A DNA stretch of 64,000 bases from Clostridia bacterium (GTDB taxonomy: Bacteria > Bacillota > Clostridia > TANB77 > CAG-508), in contig JAFWKV010000001.1 of NCBI GenBank assembly GCA_017511265.1, forward strand, positions 64,553-128,552. Reading direction: 5' to 3'. This document shows, one piece after another, positions 32,081 through 40,059 of this stretch. Numbering within the stretch: the stretch's first letter is position 1; the number at the start of each line of letters is the position of its first letter. The notes under the pieces are model-generated. The model was not told the DNA's origin and did not search any database. It saw nothing but the letters and a program-made list of their open reading frames with translations. The position numbers and the translations under genes were made by a program.

Positions 32081-32320
32081 TATGTAGATAGTTGTTACAG
32101 GAAAGGTTAAAGTTAGATAAATGCGTTCAGATGCCAATATGTATAAATAAAGAAAATCTGCGTAAGCGACCAAACGAGCAAAGCGAGTGCGATTGGAGCA
32201 AGCTACATACTAGTATTTTTATTTGGAGCTTGCGACACACAAAGATTTTCGTATTTATACATATTGGCATCTGAACGCATTTATCTAACTTTAACCTTTC
32301 CTGTAACAACTATCTACATA
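32081..32320. repeat. Hairpin element HP-A2 (family A): 69-bp perfect arms plus conserved core
   Basis: Arms 32081-32149 and 32252-32320 are exact reverse complements. Core is 32150-32251. The right arm contains the last codons and stop of uppP (32310-32320). Confidence 0.95.
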
Positions 32321-33110
32321 TGTATAGCCAAATGACAGCCAATCCTAATAATACTCTATAAACTGCAAAAACTTTAAAATCTCCCTTTTTAAGATAATCT
32401 AGCAAAAATTTAATTACAAGTATTCCAGAAATAGCACTTGTAATAACACCTACTAAAAAAGGAATATCAAACCCAAAATCTTTAAACTTGTATAAAGTGG
32501 CACCTAAAACTATAGGAGTTGAAAGCATAAACGAATACTTTGCAGCTCCCTCTCTAGAAACGCCTAGCATTCTACCTGTTGTCATAGTTATACCTGACCT
32601 TGAAACCCCTGGTATAAAAGCTAAAGCTTGTGATAAACCAATAAGAAAGCTTTGCTTAAAAGACATGTTTTCATACTCGTTTTTGGTTGGAGCATATTTA
32701 TCTACTAAATATAGTATTACTCCCATAACAATTAACATTATTGCAATAAGTATAGGCATATTTGCTAGTTTCTCACCAATAAAATGATCTAGCAAAAAGC
32801 CTATTACACCTCCTGGTATTGTTGCAATGGCAATAAGCCAAAACATTTTTCCTTCTTTAGATAAATGTACATTTTTTTTTGATTTACATTTAAAAATCTT
32901 CATGCCTTCCTTTATTAACTCTATCCAATCATTATAAAAAAATAAACAAATTGCTATAAGTGTGCCAAAATGTAAAGCCACATCAAAGCTTTCTGTTACA
33001 TTCCATCCACACATCCATGGTATGAGATTTAGATGTGCAGAACTCGAAATAGGCAAAAGTTCTGTTACTCCTTGCACTATTCCTAAAATTATCGCTTGAA
33101 AAATAGTCAT
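32310..33110 (-). CDS. uppP: Undecaprenyl-diphosphate phosphatase
   Basis: MTIFQAIILGIVQGVTELLPISSSAHL, PGVSRSGITM: BacA/UppP signature motifs. RBS AAAGGAGAAAAA precedes the ATG. Confidence 0.9.
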   Translation of the reverse strand: MTIFQAIILGIVQGVTELLPISSSAHLNLIPWMCGWNVTESFDVALHFGTLIAICLFFYNDWIELIKEGMKIFKCKSKKNVHLSKEGKMFWLIAIATIPGGVIGFLLDHFIGEKLANMPILIAIMLIVMGVILYLVDKYAPTKNEYENMSFKQSFLIGLSQALAFIPGVSRSGITMTTGRMLGVSREGAAKYSFMLSTPIVLGATLYKFKDFGFDIPFLVGVITSAISGILVIKFLLDYLKKGDFKVFAVYRVLLGLAVIWLYICR

Positions 33111-33133
33111 TTTTTCTCCTTTCGATGGTTAAT

Positions 33134-33424
33134 GGGCGTGTCAATGGGGACGGGTTTAATTGACACACTGATGATTTTTGGGTTGGTGTGAAAAAGTATC
33201 ACTTGAATAGCACTCTTATTGTTAAAAAATGAAGACCGCGTAGGCGGAGCGAAGCGTAGTCGGCTGGAGCTTTCGTTTCATTAATACATTTCAATGAAAA
33301 AAAGCGACAACAAGGTCGTAATGTTTAACAATAAGAATGATACTCTAGTTGATGCTTTTTCACCCCAACCCAAAAATCATCATCAGTGTGTCATTTAAGC
33401 CCGTCCCCATTGACACACGTCCCC
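33134..33424. repeat. Hairpin element HP-B1 (family B): imperfect ~100-nt arms plus conserved core
   Basis: Arms contain inverted copies of the 31-nt motif TGTGTCAATTAAGCCCGTCCCCATTGACACA (33137-33167 reversed, 33387-33417). Core 33234-33317 is about 90% identical to 52641-52726. The right arm encodes the last 12 codons of dpaA. Confidence 0.9.
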
Positions 33425-34266
33425 AAAATTAAATCAATTGTTCTTTTTATATGTTCTGCTGCAGTAAGTGGAGCAACCTTGCCAGGTAAAGCCAAAGCCC
33501 ATTCAAAATTAATATCTAATTCTTTTGCTGCGTCTCTATCAACGCCTCCAGGTCTTGAGGCTAAATCTATAACTAAGCAATCTTTCTTAATCATTTTCAA
33601 TTTGTTTCTATTTAAAATCAATGTTGGAGGAGTATTAATTATAATGTCATATTCTTTCAAGTTATCTCCTAATTCATTTATATTTGCAACTTTATAGCCA
33701 GATGCCTCAATCCAAGCAAATGCTTCTTGTTTTCTTGCTGCACATGTTACATCTGCTGACAGTTTTGCAAATTTATCGGCTACAACTTTTGCTACTCTGC
33801 CAAAGCCTAGTATTAGCACTTTGCTTCCATGTATTATTTTTTGTGTCCTTCTTATTGCAATTTCAACAGTTCCTTCTGCTGTAGCTATTGTATTTAAAAC
33901 TGCAAGGCTTTCACTTTGCATTAAATCTTTTACAATTACATCATAAGTTTGTGCAATGTCATATATTTCTTTTGAAATTGCACCAGCTATTAATGTTTTG
34001 CCTTTAGCATTTTGCATTAATACTTTTATTGGTATCTTATCTTCTCCATCTTCTGTATATACATTTTCTCCATCTTTTGAAAAAGGAATAGGCCCGATTA
34101 TCACTTCTGATTTCTTCACCGCATTTTCTAAATTATTTGCCTGTATTATGTGTTCATTTTTGAAATTGTTTTGCCCATACACAATAACCTCATTTTCTTC
34201 TGACATCATCTTCGCCAAGTATACCATTCTTTTGTCTCCACCTATTATTGCTATTTTTCTATCCAT
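33391..34266 (-). CDS. dpaA: Dipicolinate synthase subunit A
   Basis: MDRKIAIIGGDKRMVYLAKMM, Rossmann motif VLILGFGRVAKVVADKF; overall SpoVFA-like pattern. No dpaB-like gene is adjacent. Confidence 0.75.
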   Translation of the reverse strand: MDRKIAIIGGDKRMVYLAKMMSEENEVIVYGQNNFKNEHIIQANNLENAVKKSEVIIGPIPFSKDGENVYTEDGEDKIPIKVLMQNAKGKTLIAGAISKEIYDIAQTYDVIVKDLMQSESLAVLNTIATAEGTVEIAIRRTQKIIHGSKVLILGFGRVAKVVADKFAKLSADVTCAARKQEAFAWIEASGYKVANINELGDNLKEYDIIINTPPTLILNRNKLKMIKKDCLVIDLASRPGGVDRDAAKELDINFEWALALPGKVAPLTAAEHIKRTIDLILGTCVNGDGLK

Positions 34267-34325
34267 ACAAAAATCTCCTTCAAAAATATCTAGTTACTTA
34301 ATTATATTTAAATAATCTATATTTA

Positions 34326-35129
34326 TTAACTACTTTCTAAGGAACTTGAAATCATCCAGCTTAAAGCAAAAAGCAATATACATAAAATTCCATTCAGGTC
34401 AAATGTTATTCCTGGATATAGTACAAATACTGAGCCAAGTGTAAAGCCTATAATTGAATAAAAAGTTTGCGAATGAAATTTGTTAAGTAGTATTTTTATA
34501 ATTCTCATGCAAATTAGTGAACCTGTAATTAACCCTATTCCAATTGGCATTAACACAGGTAAATATGCTCCTGCAATAGAATTTAAATATATATTATATA
34601 CGCCAAGAAGCATTAAAATCACTGTGCTACTAACTCCTGGAATTATAACTCCAAGTGACATACACATTCCTGAAATTATTAAATATATTGTACTATGTTC
34701 AGTATTACAGGAAGTTATTATATTTCTTTCTAGTATAACCATAACTAAACCTATGCCTAGAGCTATAAATAAAAAGAATAAATTTGATATTTTAAATCTT
34801 CCCATACTATTTGCTTGCTTGAATAAAGACGGTACACATCCTATTACTAATCCTATAAATACAAAATTTATTTCATTTGGATATGCATTTAATAAGCAAT
34901 TTAAGACTTTACCCACAATAATCATTCCAATTATTATTCCTATACTTAATGGCAATAATAGTTTAATACTTTTTTTAAAATTCTTAAATAAATTCAAAAC
35001 ACAATCTATTAGTTTTTCATAAATACCCAGAATAACACATATTACTCCACTACTTACCCCTGGAACTATTGCTCCAGCACCAATCGCAATTCCCTTAATA
35101 ATATAAGAAAAAAATTCCATAGTCTTCAC
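34326..35129 (-). CDS. DUF368-family membrane protein (undecaprenyl-phosphate translocase family)
   Basis: Two internal repeats, each with the PGVSS motif (IVPGVSSGVICVILG, IIPGVSSTVILMLLG). About 8 TM helices. Confidence 0.75.
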   Translation of the reverse strand: MKTMEFFSYIIKGIAIGAGAIVPGVSSGVICVILGIYEKLIDCVLNLFKNFKKSIKLLLPLSIGIIIGMIIVGKVLNCLLNAYPNEINFVFIGLVIGCVPSLFKQANSMGRFKISNLFFLFIALGIGLVMVILERNIITSCNTEHSTIYLIISGMCMSLGVIIPGVSSTVILMLLGVYNIYLNSIAGAYLPVLMPIGIGLITGSLICMRIIKILLNKFHSQTFYSIIGFTLGSVFVLYPGITFDLNGILCILLFALSWMISSSLESS

Positions 35130-35182
35130 CTACAGAATTATATTCAAATCACTATATATAATATGTGTATTTCATTTTAATA

Positions 35183-36133
35183 TTAAGAAATTTCTAGTCC
35201 ACAGTTTGTACTAATATCATCAAAAAGTATAATTTCTTTTCTTTTTAATGTAACAGAAATTACTGAATTTATATTTTCGAAAACTTTTCTATCCATTTTC
35301 CCTTTTACTGGTGCAGAAAGCTTTAAACCTTTATCATATTCTGATTTTATCCTTAAGCTAGTTTTCCCCTTTTTCAATATTATGTCTAAATAATTTTCTC
35401 CAATTTCATATTTTGCAATTTTTGTATTATTATATGTTGTAAATTTATGCTCTTTATTATCTATTATTAAAGCACAAATAAGCCCTTTAAAATGCATAAT
35501 TTTAAAAGGTATATCCGCTATTGAAAGCATAAAACTTGCCTCTTTTGTTTTTTTAAAACAATTTCCCTGACACCAAATATAAGATTTAGGAAAAGAATAT
35601 CCCCAGTCCTTCTCTATATAACCTTTATTATCATTAAACCTGATTTTTTTATTATTAATTTCAATACTTCCATTTACGCAATTTTGCATACTAAGTATTG
35701 CATGATTGCATTCCATAGCTGGAACATACGAAAATGGTCCCATTATATTAGGTTTAAATAAATTTGTAATAATATTTTTACTATCAGAATACTTTATATT
35801 TCCATATATTTCAATATTTTGAGTGACTTCTGAAATTTCTATATGCAAGCCTTCTTTTGAAAAAAAGTTATTTCCAATCTTAATATAAAAAGGATTATGC
35901 ATAAATCTAAAATCAGAAATATTATAATCAACAAAATATGATGATTGGTCTGTAATAACCTGTATAAAAGCCTCTTTGAATTTATGATTTATATTAATTC
36001 CAGGAATAAAAGCAATACTATTTTTATCACCTGAATTTTTAAAATACCATCCTTCAAAATAGTTCAAATTTTTCTTTAAATAATTCTCTCCCTGAAAAAC
36101 TTCAGGTTTTCTCTTTAACCATAACTTATTCAT
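35183..36133 (-). CDS. Tocopherol-cyclase-like family protein, function unknown
   Basis: N-terminal YFEGWYFK motif and a ~316-aa beta-rich sequence resemble bacterial tocopherol-cyclase-like proteins. Weak call from memory of the motif. Confidence 0.35.
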   Translation of the reverse strand: MNKLWLKRKPEVFQGENYLKKNLNYFEGWYFKNSGDKNSIAFIPGININHKFKEAFIQVITDQSSYFVDYNISDFRFMHNPFYIKIGNNFFSKEGLHIEISEVTQNIEIYGNIKYSDSKNIITNLFKPNIMGPFSYVPAMECNHAILSMQNCVNGSIEINNKKIRFNDNKGYIEKDWGYSFPKSYIWCQGNCFKKTKEASFMLSIADIPFKIMHFKGLICALIIDNKEHKFTTYNNTKIAKYEIGENYLDIILKKGKTSLRIKSEYDKGLKLSAPVKGKMDRKVFENINSVISVTLKRKEIILFDDISTNCGLEIS

Positions 36134-36261
36134 ATTAAAATTATTATCACATTACACATTCTTATTCAATTAACTTTTTGGTTGTACTTTTTAAACTGGT
36201 CAGGCACTTTTGTTTTTCTAGCACATATAATTTTAAATATAAAACTTATGGAGGTGCTACG

Positions 36262-36961
36262 ATGTTATCACTTTGTTTAACAGGTTTTTTAGAATTTTTT
36301 AAAATCGCTACATTTTGCGTTCGGCTATATACAAGGAGGCAATTTATTTCCAGAACCATTGACTATGGAAGAAGAAAAGCTTTGCCTTGAAAAATTTAAA
36401 AATGGAGATGATGAAGCCAGAAATATATTAATAGAGCGAAATTTAAGATTAGTTGCACACGTTTGTAAAAAATACGCTAATACAAATGTTGATCAAGATG
36501 ACTTAATTTCAATTGGAACTATTGGATTAATTAAAGGGATAAATAGTTTTAATGTTGATAAAGGTTCAAAGCTTTCTACATATGTTTCTCGCTGCATTGA
36601 TAATGAAATTTTAATGCATTTACGTGCTACGAAGAAATTGAGTAATGAGGTTTATTTAAATGAGCCTATTGGAAAAGATAAAGATGATAATGTTATAACT
36701 CTTCAGGAAATTTTGGAAAATGATGATAGAGATATTGAGGAAGTTGTAGATATACGAATGAAAATAAAAGAATTATATCGTAAAATGAAAGAAATTTTAA
36801 AAGATAGAGAAAAAACTATCTTAGAACTGCGTTTTGGCTTAGGTGGACAAAAGCCAAAAACGCAAAATGAAATTGCTAAAATGTTAGGTATTAGTAGAAG
36901 CTATGTTTCAAGAATTGAAACAAAAGCAATTAACAAACTAAGTCATGAAATTCGAGAATAA
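36262..36961 (+). CDS. sigK: Sporulation sigma factor SigK with pro-sequence; needs a +1 frame change at the T4 run 36313-36316
   Basis: 36359-36961 encodes LIERNLRLVAHVCKKY, DLISIGTIGLIKGI, CIDNEILMHLRATKK, ISRSYVSRIE (SigK-like). In-frame upstream codons give FGYIQGGNLFPEPLT (mature N-terminus) but have no start. ATG 36262, with GGAGGTG 5 nt upstream, encodes MLSLCLTGFLEFFKIATF in the adjacent frame. Removing one T joins the two frames. Confidence 0.8.
36313..36316 (+). other. T4 run where the sigK pro-sequence and body frames meet
   Basis: GCT ACA TTT TGC in frame 1 versus CAT TTT GCG TTC GGC TAT in frame 2. Confidence 0.7.
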
Positions 36962-37158
36962 TTATTACAATTCACAGCTTTTTATATTAATATGTCCTGC
37001 CACGTGGTGAATACATAAAATTTTTTTCAAAACCTACGTCTTTGCCTTCGGCAAAAACATAGCTGGGGTCTTCCTACCGGTTTTGATTTAAAAAAATTTT
37101 ATTGTATTAACCACGGTCGCGGACTTTAAGTTAAATTGGCTGTGAATTGTAACAATTA
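36959..37158. repeat. Hairpin element HP-C1 (family C), degenerate arms
   Basis: Outer arms 36959-36978 and 37139-37158 pair with one A.C mismatch. Inner arms are imperfect. Apex has a TTTGCC-TTCG-GGCAAA hairpin, then AAAACATAGCTGGGGTCTTCCTA (37054-37076), identical to 56088-56110. The left arm starts at the sigK stop codon. Confidence 0.85.
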
Positions 37159-37178
37159 ATTTTTATTATCTAAAGTCA

Positions 37179-37207
37179 TTGATTTTGTTATAGAATAGTG
37201 TTAAAAT
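37179..37207 (+). promoter_or_regulatory. Sigma-A-type promoter candidate for the CNNM/TlyC gene
   Basis: TTGATT (37179-37184), 17-nt spacer, extended -10 TGtTAAAAT (37199-37207), about 40 nt upstream of ATG 37246. Confidence 0.5.
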
Positions 37208-37245
37208 ATTAATGTTAAATTTTAATTTTAGGAGCGATTTATTTT

Positions 37246-38577
37246 ATGCAAATTGTAACATTAATCATACTTGTAGCAATCAATGCCTTTTTTGCAGCAT
37301 CAGAAATGGCATTTGTAACACTAAATGATGCAAAAATTGCCTCACTGGCAAAAGAAGGAAACAAAAAAGCAAAAAAAATTCAAAAAATGTTAAATAAACC
37401 TAGTAAATTTTTAGCAACAATTCAAATAGGAATAACTCTTGCAGGATTTTTATCAAGTGCCTTTGCAGCAGACACATTTGTTAGTGTTCTAGCACCTGTT
37501 TTACAAAAAAGTATGCCATTTTTCAGCATAGAAATATGGCAAGGAATTTCACTAGTACTTATCACTATTTTGCTTTCATTTTTCACACTTATCTTTGGCG
37601 AATTAGTGCCAAAAAGAATAGCTATGAAATTTTCAGAAAAGGTTGCATTTTTTGCTGTAGGACCAATTCATTTTGTTTCTGTCATTACTGCACCTTTTGT
37701 AGCATTTTTAACAGCATCAACAAACTTCATTTCTAAATTATTTGGTATTAGCGAAACAGATGAAGAAACAGTTACTGAAGAAGAAATAAGAATGATGGTC
37801 AATCAAGGTGGAGAAAATGGAGCAATAGATGATAGTGAACAAGAAATGATAAATAATGTGTTTGAATTCAATGACAAAGAAGTTTCTGAAATAATGATTT
37901 ATAGAACTGAAATTTTTGCAGTTGATGGAGACACTACAGTAGCAGAATTTGAAAAAATTATTGAAAAAGAAAATTATAGATATAGTAGAATCCCTGTATA
38001 TGATAAAACTATTGATAATATGCAAGGCGTTGTATATTTAAAAGATATTCTAAAGGCAAAAGATAATAAAAATGATAGCAGTACAAGAATCAAAAAAATT
38101 ACTAGAAAAATTTTATTCTTCCCAGAATCTAAATTTATTAATGATGCATTTAAAGAAATGCAAGTAAATAAAATTCAAATGGCTGTTGTTCTAGATGAAT
38201 ATGGTGGAACTACTGGTATTGTAACAATGGAAGATATTCTTGAAGAACTCGTTGGCGATATTTATGATGAATATGATAAGGTTGAATTTAAATATGAAAA
38301 ATTAGATGATAATACTTTTAGACTTGATGGTTCTATGCCAATATTTGATGTAAATAAAATAATGGAAATAGAACTTCCTGAAGGTGATTATGATACTTTA
38401 TCTGGATTTATTATAAATGAATTAGATAGAATTCCTGAAGACAATGAGCGTCCAACTGTTGAAACACCACAAGCTGTATTTAAAGTTACAAAAATTCAAA
38501 ATAGAAAAATTGAACGCGTTAAGGCTTGTAGAACTAAAACTTTAGAAGGAAAAAATGAATCTGTCGATGAAGGCTAA
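37246..38577 (+). CDS. CNNM/TlyC-family membrane protein (DUF21, CBS pair, CorC_HlyC domains)
   Basis: N-terminal 4-TM DUF21 (GELVPKRIA), a CBS pair, and a C-terminal TGIVTMEDILEELVGDIYDEYD transporter-associated domain. The last 9 codons lie in the HP-D arm. Confidence 0.85.
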   Translation: MQIVTLIILVAINAFFAASEMAFVTLNDAKIASLAKEGNKKAKKIQKMLNKPSKFLATIQIGITLAGFLSSAFAADTFVSVLAPVLQKSMPFFSIEIWQGISLVLITILLSFFTLIFGELVPKRIAMKFSEKVAFFAVGPIHFVSVITAPFVAFLTASTNFISKLFGISETDEETVTEEEIRMMVNQGGENGAIDDSEQEMINNVFEFNDKEVSEIMIYRTEIFAVDGDTTVAEFEKIIEKENYRYSRIPVYDKTIDNMQGVVYLKDILKAKDNKNDSSTRIKKITRKILFFPESKFINDAFKEMQVNKIQMAVVLDEYGGTTGIVTMEDILEELVGDIYDEYDKVEFKYEKLDDNTFRLDGSMPIFDVNKIMEIELPEGDYDTLSGFIINELDRIPEDNERPTVETPQAVFKVTKIQNRKIERVKACRTKTLEGKNESVDEG

Positions 38578-38822
38578 GCTTTTTGATGGTTTGGCTAGAG
38601 CAGATGATTAGTTAAATTATTGAAATTTCGAATGTGCAGTGGAGCAATTGTACAAAATATTAAAGAGAAGTCAAAAAGGGTCCTGTCTTCGGGTATAGTT
38701 TTGACTTCTCTTTTAGATTTTGTAAATTGTGTAGCAAGCCGAGAAATGTAAATAATTTAACTAATCATCTGCTCTAGCCAAACCATCAAAAAGCTTAGCC
38801 TTCATCGACAGATTCATTTTTT
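38550..38822. repeat. Hairpin element HP-D: 71-bp perfect outer arms, imperfect inner stem, GC-rich apical loop
   Basis: 38550-38620 is the exact reverse complement of 38752-38822. The inner stem includes AAAGAGAAGTCAAAA/TTTTGACTTCTCTTT around the loop AGGGTCCTGTCTTCGGGTAT (about 38677-38696). The arms cover the stops of both convergent genes. Confidence 0.95.
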
Positions 38823-40043
38823 TCTTCTAATTATCCAATCTTTCTCACACTTTATAGGTAAATGCATAAATACCTTTTGTCCTTGTCTTCCGGGATTTAC
38901 AGTATCAATTTCTTCTTGTGTTTCAATATCCCATAGTCTATCAATTACAAATTTATATGGCTCTATCTTACTTGGAATAATAATTTCAAGCATATCTCCC
39001 ACTTGTAATCTATTACGTATTTCTATTACAGATTTATCATCATTATACTCTACTACTTTTCCTCCAAATTGATATTCTGCATTATACTGTTTTCCTGCAT
39101 ATTCTTGTATGTCTTTGTTCTCTCTATCATTGAAATAAAATGTAGTTAATCCTCTTGTTTTAACCTTTTCTATTTCTTTTAAATATTTAGTATAATCATA
39201 ATTTTCATGGTCTTTTTCATAATCGTCTATTGCATTTCTATATACATTTATTATGCTTGCTAAATAATATTCTGTTTTTAATCTTCCTTCAATTTTTAAG
39301 CTATCTACACCCATCTCAATTATTTCAGGAAGTTCTTTTATTAGGCATAAATCTTTTGAAGAAAAAATGCTTGTACCATATTCATTTGTTTCAATTGGCA
39401 TTAACTCCCCTGGATTGTTTGCTTCTTCTGCATATAAATTATATGACCATCTACAGCTTTGTGCACAATCTCCTAAATTTGCACTTCTGCCTGTCATAAA
39501 ATCACTTAAAAAGCATCTGCCAGAAAAAGCAAAGCAAATTGCGCCATGAATGAATATTTCAATTTCCATATCTTTGCTTTTGTTTTCTACAATGTACTTT
39601 AGCTGTTCTTTATTCATTTCTCTTGCCATTATCATTCTTTTCGCACCTTGCTTATGCCAGAAGTTGCAAGTATGTAGACTAACAAGATTTGCCTGTGTAC
39701 TCATGTGTATGTCAATACTTGGAGCATACTGTTTTACAATTTCTACTACTCCACCATCTGCTACAATAACTGCATCTGCTTTTAATTCTTCTAGCATTTT
39801 AACTTGCTCAATTATTTCTTCATATTTGTCGTCCCAAGCATAAATGTTTAATGTAACATATACTTTTTTACCTATACTATGTGCATATTTTATTGTGTTT
39901 GCTAAATCTTCGTTTTCCATATCTGCTCTGGTTCTTAATGATAATGAAGATGTACCACAATAGACTGCATCTGCTCCATACAAAAAGGCTATTTTTGCTT
40001 TTTCGAATGAACCGGCTGGTGCTAACAATTCAATTTTTTTCAT
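38814..40043 (-). CDS. Peptidase U32 family protein (YrrO/TrhP-like)
   Basis: ELLAPAGSFEKAKIAFLYGADAVYCG, EIFIHGAICFAFSGRCFLS: U32 hallmarks. Start at ATG 40043, preceded by AAGGAGG. Sits next to a YrrM-like methyltransferase, as in B. subtilis yrrMNO. Confidence 0.85.
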   Translation of the reverse strand: MKKIELLAPAGSFEKAKIAFLYGADAVYCGTSSLSLRTRADMENEDLANTIKYAHSIGKKVYVTLNIYAWDDKYEEIIEQVKMLEELKADAVIVADGGVVEIVKQYAPSIDIHMSTQANLVSLHTCNFWHKQGAKRMIMAREMNKEQLKYIVENKSKDMEIEIFIHGAICFAFSGRCFLSDFMTGRSANLGDCAQSCRWSYNLYAEEANNPGELMPIETNEYGTSIFSSKDLCLIKELPEIIEMGVDSLKIEGRLKTEYYLASIINVYRNAIDDYEKDHENYDYTKYLKEIEKVKTRGLTTFYFNDRENKDIQEYAGKQYNAEYQFGGKVVEYNDDKSVIEIRNRLQVGDMLEIIIPSKIEPYKFVIDRLWDIETQEEIDTVNPGRQGQKVFMHLPIKCEKDWIIRRKK

Positions 40044-40059
40044 CTTTTTCCTCCTTTGA

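Noticed and set aside
32092-32309. Two 60-aa ORFs on opposite strands (32092-32274 + and 32127-32309 -) with an identical first 19 residues, MLQERLKLDKCVQMPICIN
   Set aside because: They are mirror images produced by reading the perfect 69-bp palindrome arms of HP-A2 in both directions. They have no RBS and are not independent genes.
30841-32320. Integron attC sites or gene cassettes as an explanation for hairpins following genes
   Set aside because: There is no intI-like gene. The stem ends do not match the RYYYAAC/GTTRRRY core sites. The stems are perfect and far longer than in typical attC, and the centre rather than the ends is conserved.
33165-33205. Hammerhead-ribozyme-like CUGAUGA ... 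GAAA in the HP-B1 arms
   Set aside because: The intervening sequence (UUUUUGGGUUGGUGU) cannot form helix II, and no matching helix I/III or cleavage-site context exists. HP-B2 lacks the CUGAUGA.
32983-33697. ORFs 32983-33168 (-) and 33386-33697 (+) beginning MCQLNPSPLT / MCHLSPSPLT
   Set aside because: Both start inside inverted copies of the 31-nt REP-like motif of HP-B1 and run antisense to the well-supported uppP and dpaA genes. They are palindrome artefacts.
36334-36365. AGGAGG at 36334-36339 as the RBS for an internal sigK start (TTG 36359 / ATG 36365)
   Set aside because: Spacing is 19-25 nt, too long for an SD. The hexamer simply encodes QGG within the conserved mature N-terminus. 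The upstream ATG 36262 with correctly spaced GGAGGTG is the better start, although a pro-less SigK cannot be fully excluded.
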